Assembly (NCBI RefSeq): GCF_004010195.1
Contig: NC_057749.1
Coordinates: 16,434,524-16,498,523, forward strand
Length of the DNA stretch: 64,000 nucleotides
Reading direction: 5' to 3'
Source: Chiloscyllium plagiosum
Lineage: Eukaryota
Shown: one piece after another, positions 48,001 to 59,169 of the stretch
Numbering within the stretch: position 1 is the first letter of the stretch
Layout of the letters: the number at the start of each line of letters is the position of its first letter
Program-made: the position numbers and the translations under genes
The notes under the pieces: model-generated
Seen by the model: the letters and a program-made list of their open reading frames with translations, nothing else
What the model was told of the DNA's origin: nothing
Database searches by the model: none

Positions 48001-51000
48001 AGATGGGCAGAACAGTGACAGATGGAGTTAATCTTGAAAAGAATCAGGTGATGCATTTTGTGAGGACTTACACAGCAAAGAGAATACATATTGAATGGTA
48101 GGACCCCGGGAATTACTAAGGAATAAAAGGAACTTTGTGTGTAGTTCTATTGATCCTTGAAGACAACAGGGCAAGTGGATTGGGTGGCATATGAGATATT
48201 TGCCCTCACGAATGATGGTGTTGAATACAGAGGAAAAGAGGTTAAGATTGAGTAGTTTAAGACAATAGTTCAGCCACAGCTGGAATACTGCGAGCAGTTC
48301 TGGTGACTATACTAGATGAAGAATGGGGTTGTACTGGAGAGAGAGCATAGGAGCTTCATCAGGATGTTACATGAGGTAGTGCTGCAGCTACACAGAGACT
48401 AGGTAAGATAGGGGTGTGCGTGCGTCCGCGCACGTGCTTGTATATAGCAAGGACACCTGATTGAGGTGTACAAAGACAGGCACAGATAGGGTAATTAGGA
48501 AGGAACTTTTCCCCTCAGTGGAGGAATTAATAACCAGGGGTCATTAAGAGGGAGGAAGTTTAGAAGGGATTTATGGTAATTTTTTTCATGCAGAGGGTAG
48601 TAGGAATCTGGAACTCACTCTTTGAAAGGGTGCTAGAGGCAAGAACCATCACAGCATTTTTAGATGAATACTTGAAACACTATGGCATACAGGGGCACAG
48701 GCAGACACAACGGGCTGAACAATCTCTTTCCCTGTTGCAATATCTGATGATTATGATTCAAAGGAAAAATTTCAGGACCCAGACAAAGCCTTAAGGTCCC
48801 TCAACATTTTTAACAAATATTAATTCCAACCACACCTGACCCCTCAACCCATTCCTGGTGATACTGACTCAGAGGAGAAAAATGTACAAAAGGCATTATG
48901 GACTACATCTGTGTGGTGAAACGGTTAAAAATTATGTCCCAATACATGTGTGAATCATAATGTAACACATGTATTGGGCCAAGCAGTGGAATATGCAGAG
49001 GAGAAAAATGTACAAAAGGCATTATGGACTACATCTGGAACCTAATAAGTGTCACCAGTGAGGGCTTTGACAACTCCTAGTCCAAGGCACTGAGACACCT
49101 TCCATGCTAAATTGGCAAAGAATAGTTAACTCATCAGAGACTTTTGGGACTGGTTTAATCACCACTGCCTGTAAGAAGCAGGGCAGCATGGTATGAAGGC
49201 AAAAATATATTTTTAATCTCGACTCCTCCAGCTCCAGGAAAGAGGAAATGAAATGATAGGAGATACTTGGCTGCCCATAAGACTTGCATAGTCTGTAGAA
49301 CTTGATGTGACCTACCACCAGAGCTCGAATTTTGATTTGATCACTTTCGTTCTTCTTGTAGATGTCCTTCAGAAGCGTCACCCCGTTCGCTGTGATGAAT
49401 GAAGCCCGTTTTGATTTGCCTGCAGCATGAATGAGAGCTTCCACAGCCACCAGTTGGTCAATCTCCCGCTCAGAACTGCACAATGCTATCATGCACTCCA
49501 AGATCCCACTCATCTCCAGTACTCGATTACCAACGTCTGAGGGCCCCTGTAGTAGGGTGGACACAGTCTGGATGGCCTGCAGCTTTCCATCCAGTCCTGA
49601 AGACTCAAAGCGGTCCCTATGCAGAAGAAAAGTTCAGCTGCAATTTTTAAAAAACATCTATATTGTTCCTTAATCCCTGCTTTAATCCAAGTCAGCACCT
49701 CTTGCATGGAACCACATAAGGAGATATTACAGGAAACCAAAAGATTGATTTAAAAGATAGGTTCAAAGGAAATTCTTAAAGGAGAGGGAAATAGAGATCT
49801 GAAGTAGTTTAGGAAGGGAATTTCAGAGTATTGGTTGCAGATAGCAGAAAGCACAGCCACGAAAGGTGAAGTGTTTAAAATTAGGGATGCTTAAGAGAAC
49901 AGTGTCAAGAGCGTGTGGATCTTGGAAGGTTGTAGAGCTGGTGAGGTTACAGAGATGAGGGGTGTGAGGTCACGGAGAGGTTCAAACATTGAAACAAGCT
50001 TTCACTAAGGCCAGAGTCTTAGCATCAGACACATTTCTCTTCCAGATGTCACCGGTTGCGTACCAGAACAATGGCTGATTCTTCCCTGTGAACAGGGCCA
50101 AGAAGCACTATTTCTGTACACATATCACAACTAAGATCAGCTAACTCAGCACAGACCAGAAACCTGTAACCTGAATTTTGTCATTCATGCGCAACTCCCT
50201 ACCTGACATAGTCCTCACAGAGTTTGTTAAAGGCCTCTCGCTCTGCGTCACATTTGAGGTCATCATAAAGCTTGGTCAGCAGTACTGACACGCTCATCCG
50301 ACCACTATCCGTTATCGAGACGCTGTTGGGAATTTCTGAAACTGTGCCAGCCACTTCAAGAATCTTCCTCATGCCTGATCAGTGCAGAGAAAAGACACAG
50401 TCATACATGGTGCTATGGTGAGATAAACAGGGATGGGAGGAATCCCATCCACACAAGATCTGTTGACCTGTGCTGAAAATTCCATATCTCTCTATATTCT
50501 TGAATGAGACAGCAGCTGCTGTGAACACAAAGTACGTCAGAACACCCCTATCCCACAATACCACCTTTGCTCTAGTTCATCTAGGAAGGAATTCAAAACA
50601 CAGAAATATGTGGACATTGCATCAATGTGAGGGTGAATCAATAATTTAAATCCAAAACCTCTCACAAAGAGAAGAACAGATTGTGAAGTTGTAAGCAATG
50701 ACAATTTCTCAGAGCTTACCACTCTTCTTGATTTTTATTGGTATTAGAAATGAGTCATCGGACTAGGTCAGCTCCTCTGCGAAGACTAGATGATGCCTCA
50801 CGATCAACTCTGTAAATTCAATCTCACCAAAGGCAGATACAGGGAACACAGATTTATTTCTGAATACCACCCTCCACCACAACATAACCATATTTTTATT
50901 TTATGTCTACAGTAGAAGAGGTGGCTCCACAAACTGCCAATGGGATCAGATAAGCAGATCCTCAAAACTCAGGTAGCCCAGTCGTGTGTTGATGAATGGT

Positions 51001-54000
51001 CACTGATCTGAAATATTAACCAATTCTCTCTCCATAGATGCTGCTGGACCTGAGGGGCATTTCCTGTTTCTATTTAAACTGTATTCATGCTCATTTCGTA
51101 CACCCTGCCTTGATTTATTTGAATCCTGTGGAGTTGGAGGTTTCCACAAAGTTCCTCCTAACATTGTTGCTGCACAAATATATCCTAAATCAGAATGGTG
51201 TTAGTGTCTGTAGCTCAGCCAATCTACAAATTAACAGCAGGAGCTGCTTAATATTTGTTTCCAATCAGCCTCATGAAGAGTGGTTCTCTTTCTGAATCAA
51301 TAATTCATAGACCGAGACCAAATTTTTGTGAGTTTGAGAGCCCAAGAGTTCAAACGTAATCACAGCAGCTAGGAAAATTAGAATCAGTTAACTAAATAAG
51401 TTTAGAGTAGTAAGCCAATATCAGTGATTGTGACCATGTAACTAGTAGATTGTCATAAAAATCTATTTAGTTTGCCAATGCAATTTGAAAAAAATCTTGC
51501 TGTCTGAGCAAGAGCACCTTCAGCCACTTCTAGCATGACCTGCATTGCACACACTGACTGACAGAGCAACTGGTCTGGTCATATTCATGTTCCATGTGAC
51601 AGATCCACACTCAGTGAATGCATATGAGAAAAGAAGCAGCTTTTTCCCTAACACACACGAGAAGCACTGGCTCCCTCAGTTTTACACCTTACCCTGGTCA
51701 ATTACCCAAATGGTCATGGCGTTGTTGGGATCACGCAAGGATTTCCGGGGAACATGCTTAATCAGGAGGTTTACAGAATTGTCTCGGCCATGAGTGGACA
51801 CCTGCGGCTGAACCAACATCTCCAACAGCTGGTGAATCATCATCTTCAATTCCTTCAAAGGTTCTAAAGATAAATTAATAATTGTTAGTTATTTGAACAC
51901 AAAGTCTAATTAATGCTTCATAATCTGAGAGAACTCTTCAAGAAATATTCAAACTTTTATAGCCCATGTAGCTACCAATGCTCCACAAGGTATCACCAAT
52001 CCAAAACATTTTTGAGAGCTGCCTTTCTGAAAGGCAATACTAGTTATCTAAACTAAAACAGAACTTTAACTGCAGAAAACCGATAGTAACATTGAAACTA
52101 ATGTTATGAAGAGTGGGAAATCATTTCCGCACAGAGATATCACTCACCGAGAACCACCGCCTCCTCTTTTCCTCGAATATCACTTTTTATTCCCCCTTTC
52201 AATGAATCGAACATGCTTTGCAGAACATTGCATGCTGCTAGGGAAACCTGCTCCTGGTCACTGCCCATCACGCGACAGAACCTGTCCATTCCTATTGTGT
52301 GCAAAATCACTGTCACCTGCAAATAGGAATCAAAACTAAACATAACAAAGGCATTATATAAAACAAGCTTTTTCCACACCAAAATAAATAGATCCAGCTT
52401 AAACTGAATAAACGTCTGATGACAGACAAGTGTCAATTGCTACACATTTCATACAGCACTGAATAAAAATTTACAATGGGAGCAAATACAACTATAAAAT
52501 TATACTAAACATATTTTACAACGCTCCCATTTCTTACCTGGAGATTCTACTTTTCGTGATTAAATTTTGTTTGAAACCTATGAAGTACCTTGGAACACAT
52601 GACTAGACAAAGGCCTGGTAGAGATTGTGGTATAATGGTCACTGGACTAGCAATCCAGAGGCCCAGGCTAAATGCTCTGGGGACATGGGTATAAATCACA
52701 ACATGGCACTTGGGGAATTTATATTCAATTTATAAAATTTATAATGGAAAACCAGCCTCAGTAATGGTGATCATGTAAGCAATCAACTACAGTAAAATCT
52801 TACCTAGTTTGCTGATGCTCTTTAGGGAAGGAAATCTGCCAGCCTTACCTGCCGTCCTTACCTGGCATTCATGAGACTCCAGAGCCACAGCCATGTGGTT
52901 GATTCTCAAGTGCCCTTTGCAATGGTCGAGTAAACTACTCAATTCAAGGCCAATTAGGGATAAGAGAAAAAATGTAGGCTTTGCTTGTGACACCCATACC
53001 CCAAAGACTAAATTTTCAAAAGGCACTACATAGAGTCATAGAGATCTACAGCACCCAAAGGGCCCTTCAGCCCAACATGTCCACACCAGTCAAAACCAAC
53101 CACCCAATATTTTAATGCCATTTGCCAGCACTTTAGCTATTGCATTGTATGTCCTGGTTCTATATAAATAAAACTTGCACAATTTTTTCATCATACTTCT
53201 GTATCACATTTTCCACTTCAATTTTGCAATGACAACTGTCAAGTTGGAGTGTCTGGTCACTGTGTGCTTTATAGCATAGAAACATAGTGAATTTACTGCA
53301 CAGAAAGAAGTCACTGAGTTCATCATGACTCCAAGTCAACCAATCGATTCTGTTTCCAGCTTGGAGCTCTGTAGGTGCTCTTCACAGAATTATTATCCAA
53401 AAAGAATGCAAGTGAGATTGTTTTAGTCCTAATTTTTCTGCGCCTGACTGACCCGGGATTGGTGGCCTGAACACAGTCCCACTAGAGTCCGGAGTGAAGC
53501 CAGCACGATGTCTGTATTCCCAGTGTCCAACATCTTCTGGAGAAGATGCACCCCATCACTGCGAAAAATCCTTTCAGCCCCTGCATCTTCCCGAGCAAGA
53601 ACAATCAGATTCTGAACAGCCTGAAGGGGAAATAAAATATTTAAAACAGGTATCTTATTGGAATAAGAAGACATATGAATTCTCAGTTTCAAATTTCTTT
53701 GAAAGTTTAAATTCCAGCTATAGCCCAATGGGCAGCACAGTCATCTCGGAGTCAAGAGGTTATCAGGTGAAACCTTTTGCTGGAACCTGACCACTTAAGC
53801 CCCAGTACTGAAGGAGTGTTGCACTGTCAGAGAAGCAGTCTCTCAGATACAGTTGTTCAACTTCCTTTCTTAAAGGGTTTTCTTTTAAGATTTCTATATA
53901 TATCATTCATGGCTTCCCATCTCAACTATTGATAATTTCTTACTCTTTGGAGGGTAGGTGTGGACTTGTTGGGCCGAAGGGCCTGTTTCCACACCGACAA

Positions 54001-57000
54001 TCCAAAGAGTAACCCACCCAGACCCAATTCCCTCTGACTAATGCACCTGATAATATGGGCAATTTAGCATGGCCAATCCACCTGGCTGGCACATCTTTGG
54101 ATTGTAGGAGGAAACCGGAACGGACACGGGGAGAATGTGCAAACTCCACACAGACAGTTGCCTGAGGCTGGAATCGAACCCGGATCCCTAGTGCTGTGAA
54201 ACTGCAGTCCTAATCACTGAGCCACTGTGCTGCCTCATGGCAGCAAAATATGCTACAATATCATTCCAGTTTTTTCGCTATCTAGCAGGAATTTCAGTCA
54301 ACATGACTGAAAACTAACTCTCTGATTATTTAACTGATACTATGCAGCTCATTATGCAGCTGCCCTCCAGAGGCAACCTGCATACATAAGTACAAAATCT
54401 ATAATTACACTATTAGCTGTTACTCTATTGTTCAAGGTGAATGCAGAACGAAACATTACAGACTCAGTGTTGTGCTGTACCTCAAACCCAAGACAACTTC
54501 CCTAACCCAGATGCTTTTCGCCTGCAGCACATACATGCCATTATCTCTAATGAGAATGCTTTTAGGAAAACAGAGACCTTTTGTTTCTTGTCAGAATCTT
54601 TCTCACTAGGATCCAAGAGGATGTTAAACATCTGCTCTACACGGGCATCTGTAGAAGACTGTTGTCGGACCTTGAACAGAGATAAAGACACAACACAATC
54701 AGAACGTTACACTGGGAATTTAAAGAACACATCAACAAATTGAACTTCCTAGGTGCAGTCCTAGGTGACATTTAGCATCTTTCATTAATGGTAAAACTTC
54801 AAATTAATTTAGGGATGTTTTTTTGAAGTTTACATTTCAAGTTTGATTGACACATTTCTTGTGAACAACCCGAAGAACCCTCTCCAAACACAGCCTAAGT
54901 TTGGAATGACTGACTCTAGAATTGTATACTTTACACACCCTGTGTTTTAGTTTACTGAAGCTCAGAAAAAGACCAGAATGAATGCATGGGAATGTTGCTT
55001 TGACAAAATAAAATAATAAGTATGAAAAAGCTGAAGTCAATTTTTATACCATGCAATACTGACAATATTTTTAAATTTTTCTGTTAAGAGTCAACCACAT
55101 TGCCATGATGGGATTCAATCGCACGTCCCAGAGCATTAGGCTTGATCGCTAGACTACAAGTCCAGTGATAATATCACTGCACCAACCCCTCCCCAGAGAC
55201 GTGCTAAATCAGAATTTAAAAAGGCAACCCAGAAGCATATCTTCACTATTGTTTCTGATAGTTCCCTCCTCTGCCAATCTGGCCCTTCTAACTTCTGGTT
55301 TTGCTTGCCCTCCTACTGCCTTTTCCCACCAACCAATCTGTTTCTCTTCTCCTGACCCACCCACACACACTTTACCTTCTCCTGGATCTTTGTTGCAATT
55401 TGCCGCAGTGATTCCTGAAAAACCTTGTTCTTTGGTTCCAGAACAGCACATCTCTGGATATCAGCAAACGCCTGATCCAGTCTGCCCAGTTCCTGCAGAG
55501 CCTGGCTCCTACGGAACAGGGCTTTCACATCCTTCTCATCTGATTCGATTACTGAGAACAAAAGGACAATCATTGCTTTGGAGCAAACATTCTTGAGGGT
55601 CATTGCAAATTTACACAGAAATGTAATTAATTCAAACAGGTGGAATCCACAGCCCAGAGCGGCACAAGAGAGAAATTAGGAACAAAATAATTTGGATAGA
55701 TGTTTAATGAACTAACCAAGTTCACCACATAGTCTTTTCTGATTCAATACTTTGCTCTCATGTTTTAATCTAATTACATCAAAAACAGGGCACTGACAAA
55801 AAATATTCAGACAATCCCAAATTAAAACACTCTGGAACAGCATGTGCACATAACCAAGTAAACATACCATCACCAAGCAGTGGTAATTTGTACACAAAAC
55901 ATACATTTCTTATCACCTACCTTTTGAGGCATCTGCTTCAGCCTTTGAGTACTCCTCCTAATGAGTAATGGAAAAAAAAACAAAATTCAAACATGGGAAC
56001 TGGCAACTACAATGGCACAATTCACATTTTTCAAAAGGTCACCTGTGAACATTTGTGTATTTTGGTTTTACTCACCAATTTAAGGTAGCAGGCTGCTCTA
56101 TTGCGGTAAAGGATCATGCCCTCTGACAAGTTCTGGGATAGGTCAATTGCTTGTGTATAGCAGGATAAGGCTTTCTCATAGTCTCCCAATTTAAAATACT
56201 TGTTGCCATCCTCCCGCAACAATGCCACACTAGCCTGCAACAAGAAATTGATAAGTTATACAGGTCACATCCAATATCATATGGGCATCCATGGGAACTG
56301 CTGGCTCTGACTTCACACAAAATTGGTAAAGTAGTCAAAGAGGTCAAAAATTTGCAGGATTAGAGCACCTTACACGTTTGGAAGTGCGGCACATAATTGC
56401 AGCATTGTAGGAGGTGATTTACCTGCCCTCAGATGTTTGATGGGGACAGTGTCGAGGGAACTTTAATGTGTATCTAACCCGATGCTGTCCCTGTCCTGGG
56501 AGTGTTTGATGGGGACAGTGTAGAGGGAGCTTTACTCTGTATCTAACCCTGTGCTGTCCCGTCCCTGGGACTGTTTGATGGGGACAGTGTAGAGAGAGCT
56601 TTACTCTGTATCTAACCCATGGGGTGTCCCTGTCCTGGGAATGTTTGATGGGGACAGTGTAGAGGGAGCTTTACTCTTGTATCTAACCCCATGCTGTCCC
56701 TGTCCTGGGAGTGTTTGATGGGGGACAGTGTAGAGGGAGCTTTACTCTTGTATCTAATCCATGGGCTGTCCCTGTCCTGGGAGTGTTTGATGGGGGACAG
56801 TGTAGAGGGAGCTTTACTCTTGTATCTAACCCATGGGCTGTCCCTGTCCTGGGAGTGTTTGATGGGGGACAGTGTAGAGGGATCTTTACTCTGTATCTAA
56901 CCCCATGCTGTCCCTGTCCTGGGAGTGTTTGATGGGGGACAGTGTAGAGGGAGCTTTACTCTGTATCTAATCCCATGCTGTCCCTGTCCTGGGAGTGTTT

Positions 57001-57724
57001 GATGGGGGACAGTGTAGAGGGAGCTTTACTCTTGTATCTAACCCATGGGCTGTCCCTGTCCTGGGAGTGTTTGATGGGGATGGTGTAGAGGGAGCTTTAC
57101 TCTGTATCTAATCCCATGCTGTCCCTGTCCTGGGAGTGTTTGATGGGGGGACAGTGTAGAGAGAGCTTTACTCTGTATCTAACCCATGGGCTATCCCTGT
57201 CCTGGGAGTGTTTGATGGGGGACAGTGTAGAGGGAGCTTTACTCTGTATCTAACCCTGTGCTGTCCCTGTCCTGGGAGTGTTTCATGGGGATGGTGTAGA
57301 GGGAGCTTTACTCTTGTATCTAACCCATGGGGTGTCCCTGTCCCTGGGAGTGTTTGATGGGGGACAGTGTAGAGGGATCTTTACTCTGTATCTAACCCTG
57401 TGCTGTCCCTGTCCTGGGAGTGTTTGATGGGGATGGTGTAGAGGGAGCTTTACTCTGTATCTAACCCATGGGGTGTCCCTGTCCTGGGAGTGTTTGATGG
57501 GGGACAGTGTAGAGGGAGCTTTCCTCTTGTATCTAACCCATGGGCTGTCCCTGTCCTGGGAGTGTTTGATGGGGAGGCTCTGGTGTATCTGAAGCTATAT
57601 CTTGACTCAGGGATTGATGATGTTCGGGAATTCCCAGAGTTCAGGAAAGTTTCCGAGTTCGAACCCTTCATGTTACCACCGCCCACCCCAAAGCCGCCCA
57701 CAGGTCTCTCACCGTCTCCGCCAT
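35824..57724 (-). CDS. UNC45A: Protein unc-45 homolog A (myosin co-chaperone; TPR + central + UCS), whole gene span (20 coding exons, 2808 nt, 935 aa)
   Basis: All 20 exons splice in frame with GT-AG sites. TPR ([10 protein letters not shown]...[12 protein letters not shown]), central and UCS motifs ([66 protein letters not shown]). Adjacency to RCCD1 supports the A paralogue. Confidence 0.95.
36330..36545 (+). mobile_element. Deu-domain SINE remnant (SacSINE1/AmnSINE-like)
   Basis: ggtgagacattaacc...ggccaatacttatcccttaatcaatatcact...tctggttattatcctattgct resembles the Deu core as I recall it. Confidence 0.55.
37548..37703 (-). CDS. UNC45A: UNC45A exon 19
   Basis: [36 protein letters not shown]...MTQV, 156 nt. 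Confidence 0.95.
38201..38318 (-). CDS. UNC45A: UNC45A exon 18
   Basis: [39 protein letters not shown], 118 nt. Confidence 0.95.
40051..40166 (-). CDS. UNC45A: UNC45A exon 17
   Basis: [38 protein letters not shown](R), 116 nt. Confidence 0.95.
40693..40806 (-). CDS. UNC45A: UNC45A exon 16
   Basis: [38 protein letters not shown], 114 nt. Confidence 0.95.
41785..41851 (-). CDS. UNC45A: UNC45A exon 15
   Basis: [22 protein letters not shown], 67 nt. Confidence 0.95.
41980..42440 (+). mobile_element. L2/CR1-like LINE 3' ORF remnant
   Basis: [11 protein letters not shown] and [23 protein letters not shown]-terminal RT-type peptides. Confidence 0.6.
42690..43030 (-). mobile_element. tRNA-derived SINE (second family)
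   Basis: Homologous to 45550-45875, 52625-53010 (+) and 62100-62440; B-box-like gggatttgaaccc on the plus strand. Confidence 0.65.
43298..43425 (-). CDS. UNC45A: UNC45A exon 14
   Basis: [22 protein letters not shown]...CKEMIA(R), 128 nt. Confidence 0.95.
44322..44462 (-). CDS. UNC45A: UNC45A exon 13
   Basis: [22 protein letters not shown]...QHVPEEHPK, 141 nt. Confidence 0.95.
45213..45354 (-). CDS. UNC45A: UNC45A exon 12
   Basis: WLCNN...[22 protein letters not shown]...ELAK, 142 nt. Confidence 0.95.
45550..45875 (-). mobile_element. tRNA-derived SINE (second family)
   Basis: aacatttactgcccatccctaatt...ttaagactcaatcacattgctgtgggtctggagtcaca...ggatttgaaccc. Confidence 0.65.
46794..46888 (-). 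CDS. UNC45A: UNC45A exon 11
   Basis: [31 protein letters not shown], 95 nt. Confidence 0.95.
47100..48740 (+). mobile_element. CR1-clade LINE ORF2 remnant
   Basis: [35 protein letters not shown] and [14 protein letters not shown]...[10 protein letters not shown]; frameshifted. Confidence 0.8.
49316..49616 (-). CDS. UNC45A: UNC45A exon 10
   Basis: [25 protein letters not shown]...KIRALV, 301 nt. Confidence 0.95.
50203..50374 (-). CDS. UNC45A: UNC45A exon 9
   Basis: MRKILEVAG...[23 protein letters not shown], 172 nt. Confidence 0.95.
51693..51863 (-). CDS. UNC45A: UNC45A exon 8
   Basis: [16 protein letters not shown]...[20 protein letters not shown], 171 nt. Confidence 0.95.
52148..52316 (-). 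CDS. UNC45A: UNC45A exon 7
   Basis: VTVILHTIG...RGKEEAVVL, 169 nt. Confidence 0.93.
52625..53010 (+). mobile_element. tRNA-derived SINE (second family)
   Basis: gtggtataatggtcactggactagcaatccagaggcccagg...ggggacatggg...; reverse of the 42690 and 45550 copies. Confidence 0.65.
53453..53620 (-). CDS. UNC45A: UNC45A exon 6
   Basis: [19 protein letters not shown]...LCSGHQSR, 168 nt. Confidence 0.95.
53940..54234 (-). mobile_element. HE1-type V-SINE with inverted (fold-back) 3' end
   Basis: 53995-54234 is a minus-strand SINE body; 53940-53994 is the SINE tail in plus orientation. Confidence 0.8.
54578..54670 (-). CDS. UNC45A: UNC45A exon 5
   Basis: [31 protein letters not shown], 93 nt; weak donor AAG|GTCTCT. 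Confidence 0.9.
55376..55551 (-). CDS. UNC45A: UNC45A exon 4
   Basis: [18 protein letters not shown]...KIQEK, 176 nt. Confidence 0.95.
55921..55957 (-). CDS. UNC45A: UNC45A exon 3
   Basis: [12 protein letters not shown], 37 nt. Confidence 0.93.
56076..56234 (-). CDS. UNC45A: UNC45A exon 2
   Basis: [19 protein letters not shown]...[11 protein letters not shown], 159 nt. Confidence 0.95.
56434..57575 (+). repeat. ~69-73-bp minisatellite, about 16 units, in UNC45A intron 1
   Basis: Unit TGTTTGATGGGGACAGTGTAGAGGGAGCTTTACTCTGTATCTAACCCTGTGCTGTCCCTGTCCTGGGAG; 17 unit starts counted. Confidence 0.95.
57713..57724 (-). CDS. UNC45A: UNC45A coding exon 1 (MAET)
   Basis: aagATG GCG GAG ACG|gtgaga in a CpG-rich region; phase 0 matches exon 2. 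Confidence 0.75.
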
Positions 57725-57830
57725 CTTCTCTCCTGTTGCCCTGGTGACTGTGCCCGGTCAACGTCGCAAATTGATTACGTCATTGGGCGTTACCCCACTA
57801 TCTGTCAGTCAAAGGCGGGGGCGTGGCTGA
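57725..57830 (-). promoter_or_regulatory. UNC45A proximal promoter
   Basis: CpG-rich. TTACGTCA (ATF/CRE-like) and ATTGG (CCAAT on minus) at ~57775-57787, GGGGGCGTGGC Sp/KLF box at ~57817-57827, YY1-like AAGATGGCGG over the ATG. Confidence 0.55.
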
Positions 57831-58224
57831 GGGTGGTCTTGCTGCTGCTCCTGGATAATATATTTGAATGAATGAGATTTTGCAAACTCTTTATCCACAG
57901 TGGTGTTCTTACGGAATAGTTACATTCATTAAAATAAAAACCTGCAGGAAGTTTCTATTGAAAGTGTCCAATCTTTATCTCAATATTGATTGTTAATTTA
58001 TAAAGGCTCTGCAGCCAGAGTCAAATCCCTCAGGCTGAAAGTGTTTCGATTGCAATGTAGCTGCAATTAGCGTGCTATTGGAATGGAGCATCCTAAAGTG
58101 CTGTACTAAACCAATTCATACGCGTTGTTTTTTTTAAATAATAAACTCTCAATTTGTTATGCCTGTGCAAATTTTATTATTGAAGCTCAGTTTTGCAAAC
58201 AAAACAGATTCTGAAGAAGCTGAG

Positions 58225-58720
58225 GCTGAGGGGTGACTTTTTAGAGGTTTATAAAATCATGAGGAGCATGACTAGGGTAAATACACAAGGTCTTTTCCCT
58301 GGGAAAAAAATCTAAAGGGCATAGATTTAAGGTGAGAGGGGAAAGATTTAAAAGGGACCTAAGGGGCAACTTTTTCACACAGAGGGCAGTGTATGTATGG
58401 AATGAGCTGCCAGAGGAAGTGGTGGAGACTGGTATAATTACAACATTTAAAAGGCATCTGGAATGGTATATGAGCAGGAAGGGTTTCGAGGAATATGGTG
58501 GAAGTGAGTACTGCAGATGCTGGAGATTAAAGTCAATATTAGAAAAAGCACAGCAGGTCAGGCAGCATCCGCAGAGCAGGAAAATCAACATTTTGGGCAA
58601 AAGCCCTTCATCAGGAATATGGGTCAAATGCTGCCAAATGGAACTGGATTAGTTTAGGATATCTGGACGAGTTGGACCAAAGGTCTGTTTCCATGCTGTA
58701 CAGCTCTATGATTCTATGAC
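58225..58720 (+). mobile_element. CR1/HER1 LINE 3' end interrupted by a family A insertion (~58500-58618)
   Basis: RGERFKRDLRGNFFTQRAVYVWNELPEEVVE peptide; ctctatgattctatga tail; GGAATATGG on both sides of the insert. Confidence 0.8.
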
Positions 58721-59169
58721 TAAGTCATTTCTGGACTCTAAGCGTTAGCTCTGTTTCTGTCTCCACAGACCTGCTGCATTGATCCAGCGATTTCTGTTTT
58801 TGTGTGTTTCAGATCTCAAGCAACAGCAATTCTTTGTTTATTCTGCAAAAAACATGATTGCATAATATGTTGTCTTTTCACTGTCACACAGCAATCAGTG
58901 GGGCTCCTCTGTGGTTTGCACATCTGCTGGGATGAGGAATCTGGATTTTATGAATTGTCTTTATTTTTGCAAGGTTTTCTTTCTGTCCTTTAGAACAATG
59001 GCTCTTCACTGGACTGCAGTTCAATGGATTTTGCACACTTTGGGTATACAGCATCACCAAGTCTCAGACAAACATTCTGTCTGCAAGTGGACCTCTCCTG
59101 TATTCTACTCCACAAAGCTTAAATCTCTCGGGTATAAACAATTCCCCAGTCTTGGACCTCCCGTCATTC

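Noticed and set aside
56434..57575. CRISPR-like array or repeat-protein ORFs
   Set aside because: Units are contiguous with no unique spacers, the context is a vertebrate intron, and the frames shift between units.
35824..57724. UNC45B instead of UNC45A
   Set aside because: Adjacency to RCCD1 and motifs such as WLEILQAL and ITSNPE fit the A paralogue better; a phylogeny would confirm.
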